From Octopus vulgaris (lineage: Eukaryota): a stretch of 64,000 nt of DNA. The position numbers and the translations under genes are program-made. Every line of letters begins with the position of its first letter. The first letter of the stretch is position 1. Location of the stretch: assembly GCA_951406725.2 (NCBI GenBank), contig OX597819.1, forward strand, positions 103,850,001 to 103,914,000, written 5' to 3'. Shown piece after piece: positions 45,592 through 58,874 of this stretch. The notes under the pieces were generated by a model. It saw nothing but the letters and a program-made list of their open reading frames with translations. It did not search any database and was not told the origin of the DNA.

Positions 45592-45683
<92 letters not shown>

Positions 45684-45685
45684 AA

Positions 45686-45870
45686 GGCACAGGCGTGCGC
45701 TATGGTACGAAATTTGCTTTCCAACCACATGGTTCCACGTTCAGTCCCACTGCGTGACATCTTAGTCAGCTGTGTAATAGTGTAGCTACGTGCCGCCAAC
45801 ACATTGCGGGTAAATTTGCGGTATGTCAGGATGGCCAGTCTAATGACTGAAACAAGTATAAAGTAGAAGA
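45686..45870 (+). mobile_element. Degenerate SINE family 1-related copy
   Basis: ggcacaggcgtg...ccaaccacatggttcc..gttcagtcccactgcgtg. Confidence 0.7.
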
Positions 45871-46094
45871 TAAAAAGACATATATATAGGCGCAGACCTG
45901 GTTGTGCGGTAAAAAGCTTGATTCTCAACCACATTATTCCGGGTTCAGTCCATGTATAAGGAGTGAAACCGCCCAGGTGTTCATAGCTTCGATTTTATTC
46001 CATCCGTTTATTTTCGAATTAAGGATCAGTCTCAGTCTGCGTAAGTATTCCACCTTAATTTTTTCTGTCATTTTTTTTTTCGCCATTAATTAAT

Positions 46095-48380
46095 TCATTC
46101 CCAAAATCACTAAGTACTTATAGCCCGTCTCTTCAATCTGCTTCATAACCTTCCCCGACAGTTTCGTTAGCCCGTCCATACATTTGATTTTTACCTCTCT
46201 TCAATACTAACGCACCACACTTTCTCAGTCCGAACTCCATTCTGATATCAGCACTGAAGGTATACACCGTATCAACGAGGGAACTGAGTTGGGCTTCATC
46301 TTTACCATAAAGTTTGAGTTCATCAATGAACTTTTGAATACATACCCAGCTTTTCCTTTCCTCAGAATCAGTGCCAGTAGTATCAAGCACAGTACAAAAA
46401 TCAGTGGGGACAGGCAGACTCCTTGGAAGATGCCCCTCCTAATTTCTACTGTCACTAAACTTCTTCCATATACTGTCTGGTCCGTCCTTCAATTCGCCAT
46501 CCTTTTTCCAAGCAATCGCTCAACATTCGATGCAATCCCAAATAGGTTCATACATTCCATAATCCAAGAATGTGAGATCGTATCGTACGCCTTACGATAG
46601 TCGATCCATGACATGGCTAAGTAACTTTTCCTCCTGTTGCAGTCTCTGAGTACAGTTTTATCTATCAGGAGTTCATTCTTGGTACCTCTGCACTTACGCT
46701 TGCAACCCTTCATCTCATATGGCAGGACTCCATTTTTTTCTAGATGTTCGTGTATTGACTCTGCGAGTATTCCAGTCAATAACTTCCACATAAGTGGCAA
46801 ACAGGATATCGGCCTGTAAGTGCCTACCTGATTGCCTTTTTCAATGTTTTTCAGGTACAGCGCTGTCCTACAAATGTCAACCACTCTGGTGGTGCTTGGT
46901 CGGCATTTAACAAGGTGTTGAGTTGCTCAGCTATTCGTGCATGACATTCACCAAATCTTTTGATCCAGTAGCCTTGAACTCCATCTGATTCTGGGGCCTT
47001 CCAGTTGCCCATTCTTTTGTGATTTCCTTCACTTCCCTAACTGAAATGACTAGTTCTGCCTGTTTTGGACAGATTACTGTTTGTTTCTGTTCTTCAACTA
47101 TTCAGCATCCTTATTGTGCTCCTTGCCTTTGCTCCAGATGTCACTCCAAAATCTTTGACTTTCAATGTTATCTGGTATCAACTTTTCATCTGTACACTCT
47201 CCATCTAATTCTTTATAGAATCTCTTCTGATCTACTCTGAATAATCTATTCTGGCGGTAACCCTTCATTCTTTGGTCGTACCTTACCATATTTGCTTTCT
47301 TTGCAATGAGGCGTTGTTTCAGTTCCTCCATTACTACTTTGAAGCCCTTTCTTTCAGTATTATATTTCCTTTTCAGCGCCCCGTATTTTTGTTCACTTTT
47401 AAGCTCCCCTTTCTTTTTTCGGTCTAACACAGAGATTTCCTTCGAGAGCATTCTAACCCTGCCTGGGTTCTTCTATTCCACCATGGATCTTTTCTTTTGT
47501 CGCTCCTATTATGTTTCTTTTTCTTGATATCGACACCCACATTTTCTGCTCCGAGAATACTCGCTGCCTTGATCAAATTATTTGTTTTTGTGTTGTTTGC
47601 TCTGATGTATTTAAGAATTTCATTGACGTTTTTCGCTTCTTGGTTCAATTTCCATCGATCAACCTTTTATAGGTTGTAAATAATGTTGCTGTCGTTCTCC
47701 TGTAGTCTTACATTTATTCTGTCGTAGATTGCCTTTTGTTCATCTGTCATGTCGCTATTAGTTTTATCGTCTTCTTTTAGATCATTTATATGTCTCTCAT
47801 CAAGTAAGCTACCACTGCTCCTTCCCTGTGCTATGAGATTATTCTTATCAGTAAGAACTGTATTTTTATTGTTATCTCTGGTGCTATTTTCCATGACCCT
47901 TCTTATGGTAGCTTCGAGGTCTTCTTCTTTGAAACAACGATGTTTTTCTTATTGCTCTAGCTTGATCACAAAGTATCTATTCCGTGTGTTGAAACAATCC
48001 CTTTTCTCTCCAATGATCATACATACGTTGTCGGTAACCCCTAATTTGAGCACCATTTTCATCTACCGTGTTGCTCAGTTAGTGATACTCCATGACCACA
48101 GTATTAATTTGTTTGCTCCAGCTACACTGTATATGGTAGTCCCTTTCTGGATATCCACTGGCTGTAAGACGAACCAAAATCTCTTAGCCTACCGGGTATA
48201 ACACTGTCACCATCATTGCTTCAGTTTCATTAGCACCATTATTCACAGTATTTTGCTTTTTTATTGTCACTCATATGAGGTAGCGATTATCAGGTTGCGC
48301 AGTTACCAGTGTTTTTATAGTGACACCATCACCAGATGTATAATGATGAGCCCATAAGGAGACTCCACCCGTTTCCTTCC
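46095..48380 (-). mobile_element. R4/Dong-clade LINE, 5' half through RT, decayed
   Basis: [59 protein letters not shown] and QNRLFRVDQKRFYKEL in broken ORFs; 5' end abuts a TAA tract. Confidence 0.9.
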
Positions 48381-48412
48381 ATTATTATTATTATCATTAT
48401 TATTATTATTAT

Positions 48413-48967
48413 TGAGTGAGCGAGCAGAGCATGCCATCAAAGTGACACTGGGGTAAAATATACGAAGCCCAGTATACCCATCATGACTACCCGTCTGATA
48501 AGGGTACACCAGGCACATGCATCACAACCATATGTGCGCGACATGGTGATCTCATATCAAGATAAACAGCACATGACCTTGCAGGTGGAGCCCAGTTAGA
48601 ATTTTCTTCAGATCGAGTAACCCATCCCACTCAAAAGGTCCCTGAATAAGGGTTGTTTAAGGACGTTGAACGAAACACCCATGTTTCCAGAGGTGAATTA
48701 TTCAAACCCCAAAGAATCCTTCTCAACACATGGCTATGATGCTCCCCCACTACTTCTGCTCGTGATCAGAGATGCACATATCGTCAGCCACTAAGGGACA
48801 TGCTCAACTGTTTAAGGTCAAACAACTGACAAGCAAATCTGTGGTATTGAGCAGAATATTTGCTGTAGCCCATCTTTTATACCAAGACAAAACAATGTAC
48901 ATGATAACACTTCCAATCAGTTAAGATCAGAAGCCATGAGAGCCACTGCCTGGTACTGCATCAGGGC

Positions 48968-48970
<3 letters not shown>
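48413..48970. mobile_element. ~555 bp non-coding interspersed element in a (TAT)n tract (copy 2)
   Basis: Collinear with 26483-27025. Confidence 0.75.
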
Positions 48971-49018
<48 letters not shown>

Positions 49019-49064
49019 GATTATTATTATTATTATTATCATTATTATTATTACTATCATCACT

Positions 49065-49465
49065 GATATCACGTATATTTCTATCTTTTCGCCTTTCTTC
49101 TTGACTATTTGTGGGCCAAAGGGGCGTGCAACATCATCTACGTAGCATATGTAGTGCACCTCGTCCACCACCACAAGGTCCGGTCTGTTGTGCTCTAGCA
49201 CCTGTTCTGTTTGTATTGGGAAATCTCAGAGTATTTTGCTAGTCCCGGACTCCATCACTCTTTGCAGTTTGCCCTCATACCTCGTCTTGTCTCACTCTAG
49301 CTTCCACTTTTCGCACACTTCCCCAATATATCACTTCCTCTACCTGGTCGTGTCGCCACAACTTGTAGTGGTTTGGGGCAAGTCTAGGGCATTCGTTCGT
49401 GATATGGGAAATGGTTTCATCCACTCTATTACAGATGCAACACAATGGATATACTTGTTCATTTC
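49065..49465 (-). mobile_element. R4/Dong LINE fragment (CCHC knuckle and RLE)
   Basis: PLCCICNRVDETISHITNECPRLA...RHDQV and EHNRPDLVVVD; flanked by TAA/TGA repeats. Confidence 0.85.
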
Positions 49466-50414
49466 TCATTATTATCATCATCATCATCATCGTCATTATT
49501 ATTATCATTATCTTCTTCTCCATCATCATCATCATCATCATCATTCGTCTTCTTATTATCATCATCATCATCATCATTATTATTATTATTATCTGTATAT
49601 ATAAATATCTAGCATAGATGGTAGGAATGTACCTTCCTGAATTAACGTGAAGGTGTAAGTGATTGCGAGTGCTTTGAATGAGAAGTTATATAGATAAATA
49701 CTTATCAATATCTGCATGTATACGTATCTTTTGTCATAAAAGGCAATTAAGATATATGTACGTGTATATTTTCGAGCCTCTCGCGAGAAACATAAATTCA
49801 TTTGGAGGCTCTTGCGAAGAACATAAATCACTTGCAAACATAAATCAGTTTTGGGATGCGGGTGGTTATGAAAGCTGTCAAAAGCATTCATTTCTGTTAT
49901 CATCTCTAATATGCTGAATGTCATAATAACTACGCAATTTAACAATTTTATTAAGTGTTAAGTAGGTAGACATCTGTTACGTCATTTTTTTGTTATATAA
50001 GATAATCGTTATAATAGCATGTGTCTGGACATAGCATCACCACATTTGAACAAAATTTTTCTACAATGAAGGGCTCTATGTATATATGTCTTCTCATCGT
50101 GGGTAAGTAGCAACATTACGGACTTTTCTTCAAGCTCGTCAATACTCCCATCTGAGATTTTATACATTCATGCACACAAATACGGGCGTGCACAAACACA
50201 AATACACACATAGACACACTCACGCACATACACAAACACACATTCACAAACACGCAGAGTTTCATTCATAGAGTGTACTCGCTTATTGACTGTCTTCACT
50301 ATCTTTCTCTGTATATCTCTCACCCCCCTCTCTCTATATTTTATGTGTGTGCATGTGTGTGTTCGCGCTCGTGCTTGTGCACGTGTTTGTTGAAAATATC
50401 AACTATATATATAT

Positions 50415-51190
50415 AAACTCTTTGCACATGATTCCAGGCTCCAGAAGGACACACACGATATGAGAGACCGAACATGCCTTCAGTCGGATCTGTTTGCTCT
50501 AGTCCAATGCGCGGGAAAGAACAATATGCTTCTAACTGAAGATAAGTTCAATTTGATCCACTTTGGAAAAGAGGATACTCTAAAACTGCCATATGCCCTC
50601 CCCTCGTGCGACTCCCTAGTGTCATCCAACAACACCAGAAACCTTAGAGAAATCATTGATTACAAACTAAGCTGGAGGTCCGACGTAAACAGCAAGGTTG
50701 ACTTGGCCCGCAAGATGTGCTCCTGGATTCTGAGAACTCTCTGGTATAGAGATGCTCACACCGTCGTCCTTCTCTATCCTACTTTTCCCTAACCCCACCT
50801 TCAGTACAGTTGCCCACTATGACCTCCCCGTAAGAAGCAACTCATTATGAAAGTGGAGGCACTCCAGAGGTCAATAACAAGACAGACAGATGCCATTGAC
50901 TATTGGAGCCAACTAAAAGAAATAAATTTCTACACTCATCAATATTGCACAAATGATGTTGGCATCAATTTTAAAATTCACCCAAGACTTGGCCCTCGTG
51001 CTATCCGCTCACTACAAAAATCGAACTCAAAACACATAACAACATTACGACTCAACTATTTATCTAAACCGGTCCAACTGTCTTTACTATTATACCAAAA
51101 TACTTCAAAACGGAAACAGATCCCATAAAATTTAAAAGTTCTGTGAAAAGATTTCTCAAAAAGATCCCAGACCAACCTCCTACACCCCAA
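50415..51190 (+). mobile_element. CR1-like LINE 3' portion, decayed
   Basis: LFAHDSRL (decayed FADD), LQSDL, KLSW, WILRT, PHLQYSCPL in ORFs 50460..50792 and 50847..51128. Confidence 0.8.
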
Positions 51191-51202
51191 TAGGTCTTCT
51201 AC

Positions 51203-51233
<31 letters not shown>

Positions 51234-51289
51234 CATACCCATACATACATACATACATACATACATACATACATACATACATACATACA

Positions 51290-51320
<31 letters not shown>

Positions 51321-51635
51321 GTACGTACGTAATACGCACATACATATAAATATATATATATATATACAGACATATAAGGTTAAGATCAAAGGATCCAACT
51401 GTTGTAAGTTTGTAATTCCTGAGCCGGAAGATCTTTAAACCGGGAGATGGAAAAGTGGATTGTATATCGTTATTATGTAAAAGTGTCGTAAGTCTAAAAT
51501 GTTGCTTTTTAAGAAAACGATAAAAATAGTTTCACTATTCCATAGCAAAACCGTTGTACTACACTTTGACAATTTTTGATATCTTGGCATCTGAAGCAGA
51601 TTGACCAAAAGAACCACTTATTGCAAACAAAAATA

Positions 51636-52830
51636 CAGGGTGCGTAAGTTAATTTGGGTCATTGCGGCATTTTTGCTAATTCTGTATAATCTTTGTTTCA
51701 GAAAATAATAATGGCAGAGCTTCCACTTACTCATGAAGTGAAGAAGCGTGCTGTTATTGTGGTTATAAAGGCTAAGCATAACGATTTAGAAATATCTCAA
51801 TTTTTTAAAGTTTCCTGATCTTTCCTCTACAAGCTTTGTAAGGAGCTAGAAACTGAAGATAGAAACTATGACCAGTATCAAAGCATGTAAAAGCATTCTA
51901 AATGCTCTGAAACCATCAGAACTCATGGATTTATCCAACAAATTCAACAAACCATTATTTAGAATCCCAGAAATTCAACAGGTCAATTGCAAAAGATCTT
52001 CATATGTCAGAAGGAACAGTCAGAAATGTCCACGAAGACATCAGATATAAGTCTTGTATGATGCGGAAAGGTCATCTTGTCAGAAAAAGCAAAAGAAAAA
52101 TCACTACAACAGATTCAAAAGGCTCTTAAACAAACTGAAAAATACAGAAGAAGATCTGATCTGGTTTTTCTCAAACGAGAAAAGCAAGATCAAAGTTAAC
52201 AGAAGAAATGACAGATGGATATATACAGACCCTTCTGAAGTTCCAAGTGTTATGCATACAAAATGATCTAGAACTGTCATAGGTTTAGAGGTTGTCATTA
52301 ATAAAGGACATGTGATGCTTCCTTACTTCTTTCCACAATGCCTTAGAGTTAACTCTGCCGCCTACATTGAAGTCCTGGAAATAATTGTTAAGCCCTGGAG
52401 AGATAGTGTATGCATTGGAAGGCCATGTGTTTCAGTAAAACTCTGCACTACCACAAATGGCTCCATTAACACAGGAATGGCTGGCTGAAAATTTTCATGA
52501 TCACATAACCCCTAACATCTGTGACTATTACATGTGGAGCGTTGTTGAGAGAGGGGTCAATGAACAAGCCGATAGAACCAAAGATTCTTTCAAAGATGTC
52601 ATAGAGTAATGTTAAAAATGAACCAGGACCACTTGATTCGAGCATGTAGATGATTTACATCTCATATAGAAGCAGTTGTCGAAGCTGAATATGGCTTTAT
52701 TGTGAAGCATCATAGAAAAGGTTTATTTTCATCCTCATAACATTTTTTAATAAATATAGTTATTATCTGTTATCATATATCTGTTTTCGTATAAACCATA
52801 AATCTGTCCTCAAATATCTTACGCACCCTG
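51636..52830 (+). mobile_element. Full-length decayed Tc1/mariner transposon (maT/DD37D-like)
   Basis: TA|CAGGGTGCGTAAG ... CTTACGCACCCTG|TA; remnants WFFSNEK, NRRNDRW, GHVMLPYFFPQCLRVNSAAYIEVLE. Confidence 0.9.
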
Positions 52831-53369
52831 TAAATATTGAAAAAACAAAACACGTTTGACTACATTTGGACATACGGTAATTTAACATAATAGAAACGAT
52901 ATATATTACATTGCATGATAATGAGTTCAACCATGACATTACAGCCGAATTTGATTGTTCAAGTGCTTGATTATTTATTCCTTTATTGATATTTATCAAT
53001 GGTGTCTCCCATTGTTTTAATGTTCCATCATTAATTGCAATTTTGACGATATAGATATGCTAGTTTATATATGATTTATAACTGTTACGCAGGAACGATA
53101 ATATTTTGAAAAGGATAGGTCCTGAAATTGAATTTAATATATCTATGTCTGTGTGGGAAAGTGATAAATATAATTTACGATGACATCTTGCAGCTTCATT
53201 CTGAAACATATTTTTAAATATTTACACCAGAACTGTGTGATCTCGTCATTCGTTAGTACCTTCCTTTTGTTTGGCTTGTAGCATCTCAATTTCTTCGTAC
53301 TTTGATATGTTTTCAATCGTGCTCACATAATGTGTGCTAAATTTGGAATAAAAGAAACTAAAAAAGACA

Positions 53370-53590
53370 GCCAGCTGGCAGAATGTGTACACTATTGAAA
53401 TAAATGCCTTGGTTACTTTCTTCTGGCTGCTTTAAGTTCTGAGATCATATCGTATTGTGGCCAACTTACCTCTCTTGATAATTTATTTTATCGAAATTCC
53501 GGAGTCGAAAATTCTACATATCAATTGGGTACTGGGATCAATAGCATCAATTCCTTCCCGTCAAAATTGCAGGATTTGTGCCCTAATTAC
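53370..53590 (+). mobile_element. Degenerate SINE family 2
   Basis: gctggcagaat...gttctgag...gtactggg...aaattgc...gtgcc pattern. Confidence 0.5.
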
Positions 53591-53835
53591 AGTTCTTTTG
53601 TAGAATTATCATTTTGAAATGCCACTAGCACTAGTAAACAGGCTGAATCATAAAAAAATCTTTTATATTTAAAATTTGTTATCTTTTGTTATCATCAAAG
53701 AACATAATATAGATCACATTTGCTAACATAAATTCAGACTAGAATTAAATGATTTAGTTTATGTTATATTGTATGGTATTTCTTAATCTTGGTAGAAATA
53801 TGGAAGCACTAAAAAAGAAAATGTCCAATTTCTAG

Positions 53836-53929
53836 GAATTGCTCTGGCGAATTACTGCAATAAAAGATATACTGCAAGATGTCCTCATATCGTAAAAGAC
53901 AACTTCGAACTTTACTTTGGTTACTGCAA
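53836..53929 (+). CDS. Exon A1 of unrecognised six-Cys tandem-repeat protein: (G)IALANYCNKRYTARCPHIVKDNFELYFGYC(K)
   Basis: Acceptor caatttctag, donor AA|gtacat; 94 nt, phase 1 to 2, open frame; Cys spacing matches exons A2-A4. Confidence 0.8.
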
Positions 53930-54417
53930 GTACATATATTTTCTTACTTACAATTATCCTACATCAAATATTTACATGTTTATTTACATATATAGAAATA
54001 TCATAATTGTTTAATGCTAAAAATTCTTTAGGCTGACCCAAATCTAAAAATCGTTACTAGGAGTATAGTTTTTCAACAGTGTACTCTCATTGATTGGTAT
54101 AATACCGTAATATTAATATAACATACATCGATATAATAATGGAAAAGGCTCACAATTGATTTGTAGATTATATAATATATAACTGTTTTCATCAGGTTGT
54201 TGATTTATCTCAGTAAAGGAATTATCTGAAGCATCGTTAAGATAAAAAGTAAAATCAGACACAGTTGAAATATTCGAGTGTACAGGTAGATATTTCAAAC
54301 TGTCCTTAACCCTAGTGGCACCTAAATTCCCTATATATATATATAATGCACAGTATTGTCTAGTATGTTAGCCATTTTCTCAACACCGAAAAAAATGTTC
54401 ACGGATATATATTTCAG

Positions 54418-54503
54418 ACGTTTAGTCGCATATCGAAGGTGTGGTAATGCAGGTGAGAAATGCAAAGAATATTTCGCGGAAAAGTTTGAAAATGAGTGTT
54501 GTG
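54418..54503 (+). CDS. Exon B1 of six-Cys repeat protein: RLVAYRRCGNAGEKCKEYFAEKFENECC
   Basis: Acceptor atttcag, donor G|gtaaga; 86 nt, phase 2 to 1; homologous to B2/B3 (RL...C...C..xF...C). Confidence 0.8.
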
Positions 54504-57500
54504 GTAAGATATGGTCATTTATTTGGTCTTATTAACAGAAACATTGTGTCGAGGAACTACTTCAAAAACAAATTCACTTCATATCCATGGGTGTTAACTT
54601 CGCATTCTAAAGAAATTAACGTTTGAAATCAGAATATGGCCTCAGATTATGTGAACAATATTTTACATACGTTTAGTCCCCAGATTCTGGTGGTTAAGTA
54701 GTTGCGATGTCGTCATAGGGCATATTTTGGTCTGTTCTATACTGAACACTTCGGTTCCAATACTCATAATGTTCCTGTTAATTATATTTTGTTGTTCACC
54801 CAAGATTTTTTCTTTCCGGACAACTCTGTTTTCTCCTCTACAATTCCTTGAAGAATTGTCTTCAAAAGCTCACAAAAATTCATTACATACCATACAATTT
54901 CAGCTTCCTTTCCATCAGCGTGAATGGAGGAATTCATGTCATACAATGTCATACTGGATAGCTTCGCCGTTTGGTCGTTTTGGATGAAGTCCAAGTGGAA
55001 GATGCTTAAGAATCTGTGATAATATATCATTAATAGTACCGTTATCGGTGCATTGATGCATTGATACCAGCAAAGATACGATTCTGTCAGTTTGTCATGC
55101 ACGTGAGGAGACCAAATTTACTTCGCAGAAATCGGATCTTTTGGCTAAAAGAGATATTTCTGACCTTTATATTCGTTTTAGCCTGGTCAATTCAGTCATT
55201 GACACAGATGTTCCACAAGTACTACATCTGTTCACGTTCTAATAACATTTATGATTGATTTCAGTTATATGTTCTTGTGAATGGGCAGAACTATTTACTG
55301 GGGTAAAGCCGTTAGCATTGCTTATGAGTTTAGTTTTCTCGTCAGTTAATTCTGTGATCAATGTCGTCACAAAAATCTAGGTTTCTGAGCTTTCCAGTTC
55401 CATTGGTGAGTGTACCCAGATTGTCTTTAAAGGTATTGTTTATATTTTGTTCCTTGAAGTCGTTGAAGAGTGGGGCAGAGTGAGTGCACTACCCGTTTCT
55501 TACGATGGCAATGGAGCATCGCGTCAAATCTGATTGTATATGTCAACTGTTTTCAATCTCTTTATTGCGGTGCATAAAAGTTTTCCGTTAGTCTCTATCA
55601 TAAGCCTTCTTGAAGTCAATGATCTCTATCATAACCTTCCTGGAGTCAATGAAGGTATTTGAGGAATTTCACTAGCCAACCAGGGGATGAGGCGTAGAAT
55701 GTAAGGATCTACATTGCGGCTTCTCTTTTCCTCTTTTGCACATTAGCTGCTGACCAGAGATGTCACCGTTTACTGACTTCCCATATTTCAGTAATCATAC
55801 ACTAGCTTCGTTTTTTCGAATGTATACGTTGTTATCTAGTAAAATTCCTCTGCATTCAGCACAGTTGAATCGCTTCTCTCCTAACTGTTCGGTTTTAAAC
55901 ATCACGACCTTCGTAATGTTACCTTTATTTCAGAGAGGAATTTTCCAGTTTTATCATTACTTTGAGATTATCAACTAAGTGAGGTTTTTAACAAGCTGGA
56001 ATAATTTTGTAGGTGTTGTTATTGTTAGAAATGATGTTCTCACTCTCAGCATAATGCCCAGTAACCCGTCTTAGTCGTCTTTCCCGAAACAAATTAATGA
56101 TGTTATGATATATTCGTGGATGAGCCTTCATCAAGGAAAGCAAAGAACAAAGCTGTTCTAGGTGTGACGCTCCTTACTTCTTAACTATGGAGGACTAAAT
56201 CATGCAATGGGTATTTTCATTTTCAATACATTTTAATACAACGTGATTTGTAGAAAATTTAAATGATAATTCCAGCAGTTTAAAATACTTTCGTAGGTTA
56301 TGGATACTGCGTATAAATCAATATATATTTTGCTAATTAAACCACGTAAAAATGATTATTTGTATGAAAGACCACGTAAAGTATCTCAACTACAATGTGT
56401 ACGTTTGCAAATTGTGTTCATATTACTGTATATACAACTACACACTGTCTCAAGGACGTTATATAAGACTATACATAGTGTCTCAAGTATTGTATATAAC
56501 ACTTCACACAGTATAATGTACTGTGTCACAATTCCCACAGTCTCAAATTTTGCCAAGCTCTAATAAGATCAGCAAGAGTGATCATCTTAGCATCTATGTG
56601 TCTGGTGCAGTATACAACTTTATGCACAGCTATATATGATGCGTGATTAGTGACGAAAATGCTGTATTGTAATGAGCGTCACTGTATGCTTTGTGATATG
56701 TAATGAAAATTTATGTACATAAGATTTAAAACACTAGGACGTATCTTTATATTACTATGTTCTAGAAAAAAGATATTAAATACGTTTTGTTATACAAAAC
56801 TACATAGTCTTGTATAAGAAAACAGACAATTTGCCATCGAGCGTTTTATTACAGTAATAATGCTAAACTATTTTCAAAATATCATAATCAGCCACACTAG
56901 ATATTACAATCTCTAGACAAATGGAACACACATTATCAAGCACTTTTCGAAACGAATAGTTACAATTTCACACAAGTCAGACGTTACAACATACCAATCA
57001 TCTACCTAGATCCTGACTCGTAGCATTATACTATCGCAGGTTGTGGTTTCTGCAATAGACTTCTGCATAGCACTGTAAACCAATGAAACAAATTTTAAAA
57101 TACAAATACATATTAACAGAATTACGTATATGTTTATAAACTACTCCGAACTTGAAGGTATTATTGTAAGATTCCTCGATAATGTTATATGTTCATACAA
57201 ATATAACAACAAAAAACTAAAAAAAAAAAACAGTTTCTGTTATAATATTCACTTGTTTCTTTGTCTCTCTGTGGGGTTGGGCTATTAAATATAAATGAAA
57301 AAAACAATACTTAACATGTTTCCTCCAATATATGATATCACAAAAGCTAATTAGAATAGAAAATCATCTCTTCCATCGATAATCTACTTGCTACAGAATA
57401 CCATCCGGTAGCTTGAGAGCAGAATTAAATATTGTAATTTAAGTGTCTCATATAATAGCTCCTCCGTATGTTACCTATATTTAGGAGGTTAAAATATATT

Positions 57501-57516
57501 ATTACTAAATTTCTAG

Positions 57517-57616
57517 GTCTTGCAGAGCCAGAAACCTGTATACAAACAGCGAGAAAAACATGTAAACATGCTTTAATTCTCCATCCTATAAGAAGACCAG
57601 ATAAGCATCGTTGCAG
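57517..57616 (+). CDS. Exon A2: (G)LAEPETCIQTARKTCKHALILHPIRRPDKHRC(R)
   Basis: Acceptor atttctag, donor AG|gtatat; 100 nt, phase 1 to 2; lies within ORF 57468..57779; PIRxPD motif shared with A3. Confidence 0.85.
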
Positions 57617-58475
57617 GTATATATGTTTCATTCCTATTCTCACTACATGTTATATATATATTCTTGAATATCACCTAAGAGGTTTGGATGCAAATTGTGC
57701 TGCAGCTGACAGTGTACAATTAAAATATTTTGCAAATCACTCTCTGCACAGTATTTTCAATGACTTTCAGTATGTGTAGTATGTGGTTGTACATGGCATG
57801 TATTCGAGGTTTGGTTTATTTTATTAATCATGTAGTTGATTACAGTATGTTTTTTGTAATGCTGTACTGGTTGGTGAAAGTGAATAGTAAACACTTACAG
57901 AAAATGTTAAAAATGAAGCACCTCAACTTAATAGGAGAATGCTAGACTGCAACATTTGTTATCAGGCCGTCTCATTTTACATCGACGCGCCAGGGGTATA
58001 TTTCCAGACGGGTTTATAATATGTTGTACATATTAATCCACAAATTGCTTTAAGATACTAGAATGAAGTTGGACTTATGATGTTGGACAGGAGGTATTTC
58101 ATATTGAAAACAATACTATGGAAATTTCTCATTTAAAAATCTTATCTACAAAGAATTTGTATATGGTTTTAAATACTATCGAATATGGAAAACATTTAAT
58201 TTTTTTCATTTTCTCATATCTAAATATATATATATATATATATATATTGATATCAAGTCACGTCTGCTTAAAATTCCCTACCATTGTCTGTGATCAAATC
58301 AGGAGACAAATGTATTTTAAACAAAATGTTCAGAAAGTATATTTTTCAAAGCAGCTCTTCCCAAAATCTGTTAGTTAAAAATCGTGTCAATCACTTATTT
58401 GAACAATTGCTAACATATGACAAAACGGTTGGACACAGTTCGAACTTTACTTCAGATTAAAACACAATAAATACT

Positions 58476-58658
58476 GGTTTCAAACTTTGGCACAAGGCCA
58501 GCAACTTTTGCGGAAGGGGTGAAATCAATTACATCGTCACCAGTTCTCAATTACTACTTATTTTATTGACCCGGCAGAATTTAAACAGAGAACGTGAAGA
58601 CGAACGGAATGCGACTAAACACTTCAGCTGTTGTTCTAATGATTCTGCCAGTGCGACA
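58476..58658 (-). mobile_element. SINE family 2 in intron A2-B2
   Basis: ttcaaactttggcacaaggccagcaa...gattctgccag. Confidence 0.7.
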
Positions 58659-58782
58659 CTTTCTAAAACTATTGTAAATATTGCTAAATATGTAAAGCGC
58701 ACTACATGGTTAAGAAAACCTTGTTGGATTTAACTTCCTCTGATATTTTTAAAGGTGCTCTCTGTTTTACTTTATGTTCAAG

Positions 58783-58874
58783 ACGCCTGCGTATATATCA
58801 GTCTTGTGCTTCTACTGACAAGAACTATGAATGCAAAGATCAGTTCGCTAATTTACATTTCGCTCTGTGTGAAG
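58783..58874 (+). CDS. Exon B2: RLRIYQSCASTDKNYECKDQFANLHFALCE
   Basis: Pyrimidine-rich tract then ttcaag acceptor, consensus donor G|gtaagt; 92 nt, phase 2 to 1; lies within ORF 58706..58894. Confidence 0.85.

Larger units (their letters stand above)
43870..45592 (-). mobile_element. 5'-truncated Penelope-like element: GIY-YIG endonuclease plus long 3' region
   Basis: ORF 45187..45690: CPAPGLC...MIYKC...YVGCT..FKKRLNNH...CQLCSME...LNSRIE...CIH; no stops in the domain; hammerhead downstream. Confidence 0.88.

Noticed and set aside
54418-54452. Shorter B1 exon ending at GCAG|gtgaga
   Set aside because: In phase, but it removes conserved cysteines; the donor after 54503 matches B2 and B3. It could still be a minor alternative donor.
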